DNA of 63,679 nucleotides, counting the filler, from Octopus bimaculoides (Eukaryota), in assembly GCF_001194135.2 (NCBI RefSeq). It is 5 parts of 5 records of this genome, joined end to end, with 100 filler letters (N's around TTAATTAATTAA, not from the genome) between each part and the next. Parts side by side here need not be neighbours in the genome. Positions count along the whole stretch, not along the records: positions 62,024 to 63,679 come from NW_026307777.1; 4 more parts are not named here. One strand, given 5' to 3'. The notes below the pieces were generated by a model. The model searched no databases. It worked only from the letters and a program-made list of their open reading frames with translations, and was not told the DNA's origin. This document shows, piece by piece, positions 63,200 through 63,679 of the stretch. Every line of letters begins with the position of its first letter. The stretch's first letter is position 1. Position numbers and translations under genes: made by a program.

Positions 63200-63679
63200 G
63201 GCTAGGCTAATTAAGTACAATAACAACACGCACACACACATACGCGCGCGCGCATGCATACACGCACGCACACACACATACGCGCGCGCGCATGCATACA
63301 CGCACGCACACACACTTTCTACATACAGTTAGAAAATATGCACAAACACATACAAGCAAGTGCACGTCAGGCTGCTTCATAGATAAACATATAGACGCAT
63401 ATAGGCATGTGTTTGTATGCATGTTTTTGTCTGTGCTGTGTTTATGATTGTATATGTCTGTGTACGTTAGTGGGCGTGTACACATCATATATTAACGGGG
63501 AGAAACAGCAGAGAGAGAGTGAGAGAGTGAGAGGGGAAGAAAGAGGGGAGAGAATGAAGGAGAGAGATAGCGAGAGATTACTATTTTATATCTCATTCTA
63601 TATACAGGTGTACATATATGTATGTGTGAGTGTATGTACATGTGCGGGTTTATGTACAGCCATGTGCGTATATATATAG

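Noticed and set aside
1-63679. CRISPR arrays, rRNA genes, intact tRNA genes or prokaryotic operons
   Set aside because: None were seen. The window is spliced eukaryotic DNA, and all tRNA-like segments are SINE heads.

Overview
Eukaryotic, AT-rich, repeat-dense draft scaffold with many N gaps and abundant microsatellites. The SINE families and microsatellite load suggest an octopus (cephalopod) genome; this is an inference. Almost all ORFs in the supplied track are microsatellite or N-run artefacts. Coding signal I can support: (1) four consecutive minus-strand exons (49353-58928) of an RNF166-like RING/C2HC/2xC2H2/UIM ubiquitin ligase, whose first coding exon is not visible; (2) one clean plus-strand exon (24744-24898) of a metabotropic glutamate receptor-like class C GPCR; (3) a possible signal-peptide exon at 22178-22314. 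The rest is transposon debris: mariner, maT-like, pogo/Tigger, hAT and other MITEs, CR1, a restriction-like-endonuclease non-LTR element, Ty3/gypsy RT, Penelope-like repeats and several tRNA-derived SINE families. The most notable observation is a cluster of type I hammerhead ribozyme motifs inside the RNF166-like introns. They share a GAAAC-AGCT-GTA palindromic stem III, and one near-canonical motif is sense to the pre-mRNA. All coordinates and alignments were read by eye. Repeat boundaries are approximate unless TIRs or TSDs are quoted.
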